Positions 48,101 to 61,500 of a DNA stretch of 64,000 nt are shown piece after piece. The stretch comes from Azolla caroliniana. Lineage: Eukaryota; Plantae; Polypodiophyta. The notes below the pieces were generated by a model. It worked only from the letters and a program-made list of their open reading frames with translations. It ran no database searches and was not told the DNA's origin. Made by a program: the position numbers and the translations under genes. Position 1 is the stretch's first letter. The number at the start of each line of letters is the position of its first letter. The DNA lies in assembly GCA_043228905.1 (NCBI GenBank), contig JBHGNT010000015.1, forward strand, positions 17,112,001-17,176,000. The letters run 5' to 3'.

Positions 48101-51100
48101 TGTGCTTACGAAGAAGCTATTGATATGCCATATGCCAAAACATGGCGCAAAGCCATGCAATCCAAAATTGACTCTATTAAGGAAAACAACACATGGGAGC
48201 CGGTTCCACAACCAGCTGGCAAACATCTGCTGCCATGCAAGTGGGTTTTCAAATACAAAAATGTATTTGGTTCAAACCAACCCAAATACAAAGTTGGGCT
48301 CATTGCATGACGCAATAGAGCTGAAATCGGGGAATTGAAGCAAAAACTTCATGAGAAATTGTCGATGAAGGAACTCAAAGAAGCCCAACATATTTTGGGC
48401 ATGAGGATAGAGAGAGATAGGTCAAAGAAAATCCTATGGCTCTCACAATCCAAGTACATTCAAAAGGTGTTGAAGAAGTTTAACATGGACAAGTCGAAAC
48501 CCACACCAACTCCGCCCCCGACATCGATTCAACTATCATATAGAGAATCTCCCTCATAGATGTCCAGATAGAGCAAATGGGAAAGGTCCACTACGCATCA
48601 GCAGTAGGAAGTCTCATGTACTCGATGGTATCCACCTGACCTGACCTTGCATATGTCATAGGCACTACCAATCGGTATATGTTTGTTAAGAAAATGAGGA
48701 GCAAGAGTGGCTAAGATGCAACGAGAGGACTGTGTGTGTGTGTGTATGCATGTAAGGCAAGAGAGAGAGAGAGAGAGAGAGAGCTTAAGACAGAGATAAA
48801 AGACTGTATATTACATTAATCAAAATACTTCCAATAGTAACTAAGTTACAAGGGGTTGGTTTAAATACCAACTAAGCTAGGGTAAGTGTCCTTTCTACTA
48901 TTTACAAAACTAGCCTAGTATGTCCATGAGCTAGTGTGAAACCAATTACTATGGGAAGTTGAGTTTGACTCTCAACACGCCCCTTCGAACACAACTTCCA
49001 TCTGTTGAAAAGTTGTTTCGGTTCGGTCTTCGGAATCCGGCTTCTGACGTTCGTAGTCCTCGAGCTGGATTGTTCAGCTTCGTGCTCGGTTCGATTAACT
49101 GCGTGTTGCGTACTAGATCAATTGCGTACAGTGCGTATGTCGCATGCAATACTCCCCCTTAAGCTCGGCAATGTGGATGTCGTGAGACCAAGGTCCGATG
49201 CGAATTGCCCGAGCTTGTCGACTCCTAAGGCCTTCGTAAAACTATCACAATCTGGAGGTGCGTACCGATATGTTGTAGATTGATTTCTCCGGCCTATACG
49301 CCCTCGTGGATGAAGTGGTAGTGCACTTCGATATGCTTAGTACGAGCCTGAAATACAAGGTTCCACACCAAGTAGATGTTGCTCATGTTGTCGCAGTATA
49401 GGCGAATCAGATCTTTGATAGGTACGCCTAGATCCTTCCGTATGCGCTTGAGCCATACGGCTTCGCATGCGGCGATTGCCGCGCCCTTGTATTCAGCTTC
49501 CGTGCTCAACAGTGCGACTGTCGGCTGCTTCTTACTGCTCCAGGAGATTGCTTCGCTGCCGAGGGAGAAGACGAATCCGGATGTGGATTGTCTATCCGCT
49601 TTTAGCCTGCCCAGTCTGCGTTTGTGTGTCCTTCGAGTCAAATGGTCATATTTGACTTATACATAATGTTGTAATCCATCGTAGTATTGACATACCAGAG
49701 TATCCTCTTAGCGCAATCAAGATGAGGGTTTCGCGGATTCTGCATGAATTGGCTAAGTAGGCCGACCGAATAACTGAGATCGGGTCGCGTAATGGTAAGA
49801 TAGATTAAATTGCCGATCAGTTGACAATACTTAGTTGGCTCGCACTCGGTTGTGCCGGAATCAACATCAATCTTGAGATTACGATTGAGAGGGGTAGACA
49901 CAGGTTTGCACTCGGTCATTCTGAACTTGTACAAAAGGTTGAGAAAGTAGTGCCGTTGAGAAATCATTATTCCGACTGGTGTCTGAATTACTTCAATGCC
50001 AAGGAAGTAATGGAGCTTGTGCAGGTCTTTCATCTCGAATTTGCCGGAAAGAAGTGATTTGACCTTGTTAATCTCGGAGAGATTCTTTCCTCCAATGACC
50101 AAATCATCCATGTAAAGGATGATGATAATCGGGCTATTCGACTCATTTCAGATGTATAGAGAAGTATCAGATTTTGACATTCGAAATCCGATCTGATGAA
50201 GATACTGTGTGATCTTCGAGTCCCCCCACACACGTGGTGCTTGTTTGAGGCTATAGAGAGGCTTCTTGAGTCGGCACATAACATTCGGATGATTGCGCGA
50301 TTCAAATACGGGTGGTTGAATCATATATACTCCGCCTCTTCCAATTTGCCTTGAAGAAAGGTGTTCTTGACGTCCATCTGGTGGAGGTGCTGCCGTGATT
50401 GCAATTACGGTCCGCACAGTTGTCATCTTTGCCGCCGGGGCAAAGGTCTCTTCGTAGTCTACGTCGTGCATTTGCACGTCTCCTTTCGCAACGAGCTATG
50501 CTTTAAAGAGATTTACGGAGCTGTCGGCATTGTGTTTCACTCTGTAAATCCACCTGCAGCCAATGGATTTCTTGTTCGGCGTGTGAGGAACGAGATCCCA
50601 TGTCTCGTTTTTGCATAGGGCTTGCATTTCTTCATTCATTGCATCGACCCATCACGGATCCTTTACGGCTTCGGAAAGCGTCTCCGGCTCCCATACTGAC
50701 GCTACCTTCATCATGAAGGCGTAATGGTACGCCATATAATCGTTGTAGCCGAATCGGCTTACAGGGTTCTTTTCACGGGTGGATCGGCGAAGCTTCTCGT
50801 TTGCGGATGCTAAGGCTTTCTTCGTTCCATATGTCCGGATGATTGGGATGTCCAGGCCTTCGAACTCACTGTTAACGGAGTGAGTTGACGCGTTGTCAAT
50901 TAGATCTTTGTATTCGGACATCTTGGCTTCCCTTTGTCGAGTTTCGGACTCGGTCGAAATGTGCTTTGGTCACTCGGGGGCTCCCGTGGTTCACTAAGCT
51001 ATGTCGTAATCGGGCTTTCTTCAAACATGCGCGTGAGCCAATCTTCGTCTTCTATCTCCATTTCGGCGGATTCCGGGTCGAGCGGAGTCAGATTCGAAGT

Positions 51101-51890
51101 TGTTTCTGGTGTGTACCAGGATGCGTACTTGTCGAAAACGACATCTCGAATTACGCGAGATTTTCGGGTAGATGGGTTGTAGCATTTGTACCCCTTCTGT
51201 TTGAGTGAGTATCCTACGAGGATACATTTCTCCGACTTCGGGTCGAGCTTTTGTCACGTATCGTCGGGAATATGTATGTAAGTGATTGCGCCAAAAATGC
51301 GGACATGTGATAAGTCCAGCTTCTTTCCAATGAACTTCTCGTGAGGAGTTACATCATGTACTCCCGAGGTTGTGCACCTATTCATGAGGTATACAATCGT
51401 GTTCACCGCTTTTTCCCAGTACGATTTCGATAGGTTCTTCTAATTCATCATAGCCTGAGCGAGTTCTACTATGTGTCGGTTTTTACACTCAGCTACGTCG
51501 TTCTGCTGAGGTGTGTGATGGCATGGGAATTCTCATCGAATTCCTTCCTTTCAGAGATATGTCGTAAACTCATCCGAAAAGTATTCTTTGCCTCCATCCG
51601 ATCGAAGGCAGCGTATGTGCCGACCCGTAGTTTTTACGACTTCGGCCTTGAACCTCATCGGATCAACCAAGTCAAAGAGCAAATCAAGCCAATCGAGTTG
51701 AAGAGCTAAATGAGATGACCAAGCCGACCAGGCCGAAGAGTCATCAACAAACTATAGGAATAGACAGACAACAACCTCACGCTTACTCTATGTTTGCTTG
51801 GTTGACATCAACAAGATCTTCACACTTGCTTCAGCTTAGTCGACTAAAAAACTACACACAATAGTCGACCAAACACCTCAACTGTCATTA
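45123..51890 (+). mobile_element. Degenerate Copia (Tnt1/Tork-like): partial 5' LTR to 45457, PBS 45460-45471, gag-pol 45558-48683, partial 3' LTR ~51655-51890
   Basis: TGGTATCAGAGC; homologous to 17257-20015; LLPCKWVFK; internal RT deletion near 48310; the LTR tail CAACCTCAC...TGTCAT recurs at ~45340 and ~51772. Confidence 0.85.
48684..51650 (-). mobile_element. Nested Copia, 3' half: 3' LTR 48684-48977, RNase H, RT, partial integrase
   Basis: [55 protein letters not shown]; purine tracts at ~48978-48986 and ~49152-49162. Confidence 0.9.
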
Positions 51891-52475
51891 GGAACTAGGA
51901 TTGGAGCTTCTCCATGCTTCTTCTCCTTCATCTTATACTTCATAAACTTTGGGTTGGTGCATGTATTTGTATATTATTCAAGAAGAAATGCATGGGCAAT
52001 CTCAAAACCACGACCTTCTTCAGTAAGAATATTTGTTGTTGGCAGTGGACACACAACAAACATTTTGAAACACAATCTCGGCATGGCCATGAGCAATATC
52101 ATCATAACCAAATACAATTAATAGTCTAACTATTTGAGCACCGGGAGCATCTTTTGTCACCAAGATCACGGATTCTTGCTTATGTAGCGTGAATGTTCAA
52201 TTAGTCTTACCCTATTTATAGTGAACGCTTTGAAAAGGGATTTTGCTTCAGAAAGAAGATGCAATCATATTCAATATAACATGATAGGAGGTTGCAAAGC
52301 ATCGACAAATCATATGTGCCCCATCGACTTTCATCTCATTGAATTCTTCATTAGCTCGTATTACACATTCTTAATCAAAGTTTTTCGTAATTACATAGTT
52401 TATAACCACCTTTGTCCAGTTTTTTCTTGTATTGGATTAATCTTCTCAATTTATACATCAATCATTGTGTTATAT

Positions 52476-52714
52476 TGTTGAGAGGACCACCTCCACCAGA
52501 TCAGTATTTGGAACCAGGAGCCAGATCGAAGAGCCAGATCGTAATCCGAATCGGGCTGTAACTGGTAGGCCGTTAGAGGCCTACGACCCTAGCCTACTAC
52601 GTAGGCATATTTTTGGGAGTCTATGTCTGATGCTATGTACGAGCATTAAAGTACTTTAATGCTCATACACTTCTATAAATAGTGTTGTAAAGCTCAGTTG
52701 TATGTACAAAGTCT
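52476..52714 (+). repeat. Truncated Copia LTR (family of 16186-16586)
   Basis: TGTTGAG start; TAGGCCGTTAGAGGCCTACGA.CCTAGCCTA shared with ~16281. Confidence 0.8.
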
Positions 52715-55700
52715 TTAAATTGGGTTCTGGTTGGAGAAAACCGGTCCGGGTTCCGGTTCCTCGTCCATCGGTTCGTCCTCCGTTTCGGACTGTTCGTCGT
52801 CGCTGTCCGGGCCTCTTAGATCTGGTTCGCCGTCGTGGCGCTTCTTGAACGCTTTGATCTGCTTCCCTGCTACCGGTATTGCCATCCTCGTACCGTCGAG
52901 TTCCGCCAGGTGATACGTCCCGTTGTCATTGGCGCTCGTTACCACGTAAGGCCCGAACCACCACTTTGCAAACTTCCATATTGCCCGGTGCTGGTTGTCG
53001 AGGCTATTGTCGTAGACTAGCACCCAGTCGCCTTCCTCGATTTTCTTTGGTCAGAACCGGTGCGTTCGGTCGAACCGGGCTTTGTTCCTCATCCTCGCCG
53101 TCCGAAGTCTCTCCGCCGCTCGTTCCACGTCCTGTGGCCTCCGCTCGAGCTGCCGTATACGCGCCGCTAGCAGTTCTTCCCGGCTCATCTCGTCTCTCCA
53201 GTCCACTGTCGCCCAAGAGGAGATCGTCCGTTCCATCGGCATGATCGGCTTCTGTCCGAACATGAGCTCTGACGGCATGAACCCGGTTACCGAACTGTGC
53301 GTTGTCCGGTCCGCCCACAAGGCATAAGGTAACAGTCGTGGCCAGTTCCCGACCTGGCCCCCGCACGCCTGGACTAGCGCTTTGACGATCCGTCCGTGTC
53401 CGCGCTCCACCTTCCCGTTCGCCTCCGGATTGTACGCTATGGTGAGCGAGAGCTTGACCCCTAACCGGTCGAATAGCTCCTCGGCCTCTTCGGAGTCCAA
53501 CTCCCCGCAGTTAGCCACGATCTTCCCGACGCACCCGTACCGGCATATCACGTCCTCGATTAGGAACCGACACACGGCCGCGGTCGTTTTGTTCTGCAGG
53601 GCTCGGCCTTCCACCTGGTTCGTTAGGTCCTCCCGGGCCAACACCAGATATCGCATCTGCCCTACGCCCATCGGCATTGTCACCAAATCTACCATCCATT
53701 TGAAGTCGATGGCCGGAGGGTATGTAGGGTGAAGCTCGTCCCGATGTCTGACTATGGAGTGTATCTGACAGCTCTCACAAGTTGTCACGAACCGATGCAC
53801 GTCCCGGTACAGTCCCGGCCACCAGTACTTCCCCTTTAGTTTCTCGAACGTGGCCCACGTCCCACAGTGTCCAGCCCAGGGGCTGTCGTGGTAGGCCTTC
53901 AGCAACTCCTCCTGTTCCTCCTCCATCGCCACTACTCGGAGCGGGATGTCATTTCTCTTCTTCAGGTGCTTCCACAAGTATCCATCCCGGAGAAAGAATC
54001 GGTACGCTTTCTTCCGGATCCGGTTGGCCTCGTCCTTTGTCCATGACGCGTCCGGCGTCATCGTCCTTAAGAATCCCCCAATCTGCAGCCACTCCCCGTC
54101 GTACTTGCTCTCGTTGAAATCGTTAAGCGCCGGAGTGCTCCCCCCCTCGATTGTTACGTAAGCCGCCTCAAAGAAGTCCACGGCGACTTCCTCGTCCTCC
54201 GAAACCATGCCGCCCTCGTCGTCAAATCGCGCCCTCGAAAGCATGTCGGCCATGGCATTGTCTTTCCTGGAAATGTGTCGTATTTCCGGATCCAGGGACT
54301 TGATGTACGCTATCCACCTGAGCATTGCTAGGTCCGGGGTTGCGCATCCGGAAACCATGCCGAGAATCAACAGGCAGTCTGTCTCGATAATCACCTCTGT
54401 CCCGACCATATAGTCTTTATCGGCCTTCACCGCCGAAACGATACCCCAGAGTTCGCGTTTAACCTGGGCATATCCTCGTTGTCACTCGTTGAGGACCTTC
54501 GCGCCGAACCGGATTGGGAACCGAATGCCGTCCTCATCTTCTTGGTTGACGACCCATCCGATCCCGGTCGGACTTGTATCTACCATTATGTAGATGGGAG
54601 TGCCTTTCTCGTAGACAACCTTCCGGAGTGCCGGAGCTGCAGCAAGAGCCTCCTTCATCTTTCGGACCGACTCCATATGCTCGTCTCACCACTCAAATTT
54701 TTGCCCCTCCTTGTGCCAGGGTACACATCCGCACTAGGCCGAGAGGAGTCCACATCGTCGTAATGTCTCTGCTCTCCACGGCTAGTTGGAACTGATCGTA
54801 CCCCGAGTACAGATCACCGACCGAGTAGATCGACCTTCTGGCAAAGGCCTCCGCGAACTCGTCTATCGTTGGTTCGTTTCCTGCGTTCCGAATGGTCACT
54901 CTGTTGACCGGTTGCAGGTCTTGAATGAAGCGCAACGTCCCGTTCTTCTTCGGTACGGTAAACCACCGGTTCGAGTACGGGGCACTCGACGGTTCGAGGA
55001 TGCCCATATCGACTTTCTGCCTCAACAGCTCCATCAGCTCCGGGATGTGAACTCTCGGTACCGGAATTGGTTTGAGATTCCACGGCACATGCGGTACCGT
55101 GAATATCACCATCGGCTTCACGACTGTTGGGTCTACGCACCCGATCTCTTCCGGTGAGAATGCGAAGGCTTTCCCGTGCCTTCTGAGCATTCTCCGAAAC
55201 CGGTCTTCCTCCGCCGGCAGTAGGAACCCGGCCCCACCGATTTTGAGCTCCCGTAGCGTTCTGTCGGTGAAGGTGTGTCCTATGCAGGCCGGATCTCGTA
55301 AACTGGGGTCCGACACGACCACCTTGATTCACAACTCGCTGCCCTCTGGTAAGGGTGCCACGACTGGCCTTACCTTCCGGTCCACAGTCTTGTACTTCGT
55401 GTTAACCCGGGCCGTCCGATCCGGCTCAAGCCTTCGACTGAAGTCCGCGATGACTTCGTACATCTCTTCTGAACAAACTGGTATCGTCCGGTCCTCTTTA
55501 AGGCCCTCTCCGACCACCTCTCGCAGTATTCCCAAGGTATCATCGAAGGAGACCGCCTCCACGGCTCCGTTGATTTCCTCGCTGGGCCCGAGAACTCCGC
55601 ACGCCCGAAGTCGCTCTTCCGCCCTTGTCTTTTCTCGGCCAACGACGCCAACTATCGTACACCCTCTATTGTCGGAGAAACAAAACTTCCTACTTATGGT

Positions 55701-55802
55701 ACAAGGTTTCTTCGGTTTTGCCTCTATCGTACATTTGTGGGGTTTTCCCGGAGTGTCCGGACTATCGCGGCCCCACGCCTTGACAGCCCTCTCTAAAAAT
55801 CC
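52715..55802 (-). pseudogene. RT-RNase H-integrase ORF2 of copy A (-1 frame relative to ORF1)
   Basis: YSNRWFTVPKKNG, GDLYSGYDQF, VDTSPTGIG, HDSPWAGH...CESCQ, YNPEANGKVERGH, WFGPY; RT core deleted near 54705. Confidence 0.9.
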
Positions 55803-57885
55803 TCTCGATTCTCGCCACCGAGGGACTCGCAGTTTCGCTCGTGGTTCGGTCGCACCGTCAGGAACTGGACCGAATGACGCCCGTCCTGACTCTTGACCCT
55901 CGCGTAAGCCGACCCGTTGTCCAGCACCTTGGTCTCCATCCGCGCTGCCGTAATGTACGGTTCTCCCAGTATGACCGGGTGCGAGGACGTCTCCTGCACA
56001 AAGAAGTGTTGGTCTATCTCGACGTCGCCGATCTTAACTCGCACGTTTGGGCAGGCCCCGTGTAGTTCCTCGGTGGCGCGCGTCGCCACCCGTATCTTCC
56101 ACCCGTGCTTGGTGTTGACTGGCCATTTCCCCTTCTTGTAGAAGTCCATGGACATCAGGTTTATTTCCGAACCGTGGTTCACCAGCGCCACCACCGGTTC
56201 CTGAACATCTCCGATCTTCACCAAGGTTTCCGTGGTCGCTCGGGCCCAGTGTGGCCTCGAATAGTGGCTCTCCGCCCACTCGTCTTCCAGCACCATGTCC
56301 TCTATGTGCGTCGTTCGCACCTCCACCGGCCTTTCCGGTTCTGTCTCCGTCGACGGCCTCTTCCTCTTCACCAAGTCTACGATGGAGTCGTGGAACTCCT
56401 TCTTGGCGATTCCGAGCACCTCCTGCAACGACAGTTCCACCTTGCTGTCGAGGATCCGTTCTTCCAGGACCTTTCGTAGGTCCGTGGTCCTTTCGATCTC
56501 TGTGCCAAACTGGTATCCGCCCTTCTTCTGGTTATCCCGGGCACTGGGCTCACCGGCCTCGTTCCGTCTCGGCCCGAATCGGGTTTCGTATCTCTGTGAG
56601 GGTCTAGCCCCTCCGGTTTTACCTACCCATTTGTCTTCAACCAAAGCCTCGTAGTTCTGGCAACCTGCTTCGACGAAACCCGTCTTCTCTTCGACCGGGT
56701 CACTCCACCCGGTTACCTCCTGGACCCGCTTCTCCGCTTCTCCGCGCGGTCCGCCTCGTCTTTCCTTAGTCGGGCACCGGCGAGGCCTTCCAGCATCGTC
56801 GGCTAGAACCCGGCTTTGCTCTCCTTCCGGGCCTCGCTGCCTCCGACCCCAATACCGGCTGACGCCGAGTAGTGGACGGTCTCCGCGTGCCGGGCCGCCG
56901 CCTCTTCCATCAGCCTTTTCATTCCTCCTCGCCCGTCATTTCGGTTCAGGGCCCTCCGGGTATCGCTGGCGTGCACCCGACCTTCCCACAGGTACACTAC
57001 CCGGCTTCTCAAAGCCTCCGCAAAGTCCCCGCAGTCTTTCCGGATGTGGCCGACCTCGTCGCACCACATCCACCTATTTCCTGCTGGAGGCCGTCGGTCA
57101 CGAGCCTGTTCACCGCCTTCCCTCCGAGCCTGGGCGATCTGGAGATTCTTTACCGCCCGTGTCAACTCCTCCAAAGCTGTTCCCCCAGACGAGCCTCTGA
57201 CCACGCCGGTCTCTTCCCTTCGCGCCTGTGGTATCGGTTCGAGCTTCCTTGCTGCGACAGGACCCGCCCCTGTATCAGCCCACTCCCACCGTTTGTCAAA
57301 ACGGCCGCAGACTCTTTTTACCGCGGCCCAGTCGGCCGTCAGCCCGTCTTCGGTTTCTAGTAAGGAGCCCACTTGCTCCCGATCCCGTGCGTCAACCGAT
57401 TTGACAAACAGTAGGACACGACTTGTGTCCAGAACGGTCCAATCGAGCGCCGAAAGGCGCGCAAAGCGTTCCTCAAACTCCCGGAGGAGTACCGACGCAT
57501 TTCTTCCTTTGTTGGGGGACTCCACCCACTCCATGAAGCCCCGCTTCGAAAGTCGAAGCGCGTCATCCAGCCCGTATTTCTCCAGGAGCCGTCCTTCGAA
57601 CTCCTCCCAAGTCCGGCTCTCCGCCCGGACCTCGAGCACCTCCGCATGGATGCCCGGCATCGCCACTCGAGGAAATCCGGCAAGACGCCTCTCTTCCGGA
57701 ATATCCCTCATCAACATCTCCGCCCGGTAGGACGCCAAATAACTCGTGGCATCCTTTCCACTGAACCGGCCGATCGTACCGACGATCGCCTCAATAGCTC
57801 TGTCAAGGGCGTCGGTACCCTCGCGCGTGCTCACTATCCGGTCCACGGCCGAAGCCATGGCCTCTGCAAGATCCGACCCCCTCAT
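55793..57885 (-). pseudogene. Gag-protease ORF1 of copy A
   Basis: FSGKDATSYL; WCDEVGHIRKDC; ALVNHGSEINLM (catalytic D mutated to N); ILGEPY; ends REDF*; disrupted near 56650-56800. Confidence 0.88.
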
Positions 57886-58577
57886 CTTCTGCTCCTCTAC
57901 TGCCTTGTTCACGTCGGGTTCACCAAAGATGTTGCGTTACTACGCGCGTGCGTGGAGAAACGAGGCGGGACAACCGGGGTCTTGAACCAAAGAGCAAGTG
58001 ATAGAAGGGGAAAGAGAAAGATAGAGACTCTCGGTTACGTATGAGCAAAGAAACACAGGGACACGGCCCTGTCAACGCAGAAGACACGAATGGACACAGA
58101 GACAGAGAGACACGAATGTTTGTATATTAATGAATGACAAATAAACAATAGAGCACGCGAGCGGTTACAACCGAACAGGCCGGCGAACACATGTCGATGC
58201 CTGCTCGTCTGCGCACGAAAGGGGATAGGATGGAGGTGCTGCTGGAAGCACACGGGCGTTCCTCGAAGCAACGCGAGCCTCCCGAAAACTTGCAAAGAAG
58301 AGCGATGGAGAACGAACAGAGGAGAAGCGTTCGGTTTCGGTCCGACAGCACTTCGTCCTCCTCAATAATAATCATCCCCCCCACATCTCCCTCTCTTTTA
58401 TCACTTCAAGAAGGGAGCCATTTCCCTCATTAACTTCCTACCTACTGAATCTAACTACCTAGGATATTCCTTTGTACCTAATTCTCTATTATATACATTA
58501 AAGGGCGCGCACGCGTGAAGAGCTCGTTCACGCGCGCTATGCACCGATTGCGCTAAGGGACGGTTTTCTTCACGACA

Positions 58578-61500
58578 GCGTGCGTGGAGAACAAGGCGGG
58601 ACCACTGGGGTCTTGGACCGAGGAATAGGTGAGAAAAAGGGAGAGAGAGACACGCGCTCACACACGTATAGACAAAGAAGCGCACGGGAACGCGGCCCAA
58701 CAACACAGGAGACACGAGTTGAGCAGGAGATAGAGTATAAGAACGCTAGCGTGTGTATATAAATATATGTATGCAGATGACTCGAATGGTTACAGCCGAT
58801 CAGGTCAGCGAGATGGATGTCGACGCCTGATCACCCACGCACACGGGGGAGCAGGATGGAGATTCTGCCGGAAGCACACGGGCGTTCCACGGAGCAGAAT
58901 CAGCCTCTCGAGAACCTACGCAAAAGAAAGCTATGGAGAATGATAGAGAAGAAGAGCTCGGTCCCAGTCCGACAACACTTCTTCCCCTCTAGCGCCCCCT
59001 TTCTCTCCCCGTCTCCCTCTCTTTTATAGCTCAAGGAGGGAGGCCATTGACCCGTTTACATCACATTAATTCTCTATCCTTTCGGATAGAGATACTCCTC
59101 GATTCTCCCTATAGAATATTGCTACCTAGGATTAGACTTTTGTGCCTACCTATCTACTATACAACAAGGGGCGTGCCCACGTGTAAGGGCCGGTTCACAC
59201 ACGCTATACACGGTTTGCGCCTGGGGATGGTTTTCTTCACGACATCTGCGCCCACCTAACCACGCATCCACCGGTATGCGCCAAAATTGGGTTCCTACTG
59301 GAGAAAACCTTGCTTTTATTCCTCGTTTACCGGTTCGTCCTCCGTCTCGGGCTGCTCGTCGTTGCTGTCCATGCCCCCTAGCTCCGGCTCACCGTCGTGT
59401 CATTTCTTGAACGCTTTGATCCTCTTCCCCGCTACCGGTATCGCCATTCTCGTACCGTCGAGCTCCGCGAGATGGTACGTTCCATTGTCGTTGGCGCCTG
59501 TTACTACGTAAGGCCCGAACCACCTCCTCGCAAACTTCCATGTGGCCCTGTGCTAATTGTCGAGGCTGCTGTCGCAGACTAGCACCCAGTCGCCTTCCTC
59601 GATCTTCCTTGGCCGGAGCCGGTGTGTTCGGTCGAACCCGAAGTTTCTCCGCGGCTCGCTCTACGTCCTCCGGCCTCCGCTCGAGCTGTCGAATCCGCGC
59701 CGCCAACAGTTCCTCCCGGCTCATCTCATCCCTCCAGTCCACCGTGGCCCACGAGGAGATCGTTCGCTCTGTTGGCATGATCGGCTTCTGTCCGAACATA
59801 AGCTCTGCCGGCATGAACCCGGTTACCGAACTGTGCGTAGTCCGATCCGCCCACAAGGCATAAGGTAGCAGCTGTGGCTAGATCCCGACTTGGCCTCCGC
59901 ACGCCCGTACTAGCGCTTTGACAATCAGCCCGTGTCCGCGCTCTACCTTCCCGTTCGCCTCCGGATTGTACGTTGTGGTGAGCGAAAGTTTGACTCCTAG
60001 CCGGTCGAACAGCTCTTCAGCCTCTTCTGCGTCCAACTCACCACGGTCAGCCACGATCTTCCCTACGCACCCGTATCGACATACCACGCCCTCAATCAAA
60101 AACCGGCACACGGCTGTAGTCGTCTTGTTCTGCAGGGCCCGGCCTTCAACCTGGTTCGTTAGATCCTCCCGAGCCAGCACCAAATACCGCATCTGTCCTA
60201 CCCCCATTGGCATCGTCACCAAATCCACCATCCACTTGAAGTGGACGGTCGGAGGGTAGGTCGGGTGAAGCTCGTCCCGGTGTCAGATCATGGAGTGCAC
60301 CTGACAGCTTTCGCAAGTCGTCACAAACCGATGCACGTCCCGGTATAGTCCCAGCCACCGGTACTTCCCCTTTAGCTTTTCGAACGTGGCCCACGTTCCA
60401 CGGTGTCCAGCCCAAGGACTATCGTGGTACGCCGCCAGCAAATCCTCCTGTTCTGATGGGAACTCAAGGCTCCTTATGCGCAACGCTCGGCCACAACCGA
60501 GCTTAGAATGATACACAGAAAACAGGAAATAGAACATGACACAAAGAAGAGGAAGATACACAGGAGGTTTACGTGGAAAACCCCAAACTAGGGGAAAAAC
60601 CACGGCAGCCCACAGGCTGCAAACTGTCACTATGTAAGAATGTACAAAACAGTGAGTTCACGGAGGCAACGACCTCGGACTCACGATCTTCGCCACAGGC
60701 GGCGGTTACAACAGAGGCAGCGACCTCTTTCTCTCTCTCTCTCTGTATAACGTTACGTACTCTCTCTTCTTCTTGCACCGACAAGAAAATGACAACAACT
60801 ACAACTAATACTAAAAGTTTGCCCTAAGTCATATTTATACTAATATGACTTTTCGGCTATTTACAAACATAGCCTCGATGGACTCTCAGAAACATATTTA
60901 TGAATATGTCTCTTCATCTGGTTCATATCGGGTCTGCACCATCCGGCTCTCCGTAGCCGGGTACTCCTCATCCGGTTCATACCGGGTCTGTATCATCCGG
61001 CTCTCCGTAGCCGGGTACTCCTCATCCGGTTCATACCGGGTCTGCACCATCCGGCTCTCCGTAGCCAGGTACTCCTCATCCGGTTCATACCGGGTCTGTA
61101 TCATCCGGCTCTCCGTAGCCGAGTACTCCTCTTCCGATTTCGGCCTCGACCGAGATTGTTCGTTGGCACTGTTCTTCTCCCTTCCCATCCGGAGGGACCT
61201 GTCTCCCAACATGTTCCTCCTTCTTCGCCACCACTCGGAGCAGGATGCCGTTCCTCTTCTTCGCGTGCTTCCATATGTACCTGTCCCGGAGAAAGAATCG
61301 GTACACTTTCTTCCCAATCCGGTTGGCCTCATCCTTTGTCCATGCCGCGTCCGGTGTCATTGTTTTCAGGAACCCGCCGATCTGTAGCCACTCCCCGTTG
61401 TACTTGCTCTCGTCGAAATCGTTAAGCGTTGAAGTGCATTCCCTGCCGGTTGTTACGTAAGCCGCCTTGAAGAAGTCCACGCCGACTTCCTCGTCCTCCG

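Larger units (their letters stand above)
52715..58577 (-). mobile_element. tRNA-Trp-primed non-chromovirus Gypsy, copy A: 5' LTR 57930-58577, PBS 57909-57925, 3' LTR lost
   Basis: Minus TGTCGTGAAG...AACGCAACA followed by TGGTGAACCCGACGTGA; gag-PR then RT-RH-INT. Confidence 0.93.

Noticed and set aside
59245-59262. GGTGGGCGC before copy B's 3' LTR resembles the tRNA-Lys 3' end
   Set aside because: Only 9 nt match and CCA is absent; a G-rich PPT is the simpler reading.
60845-61387. Repetitive ORFs on both strands
   Set aside because: Produced by the 60-bp LTR tandem array and run across the insertion junction.
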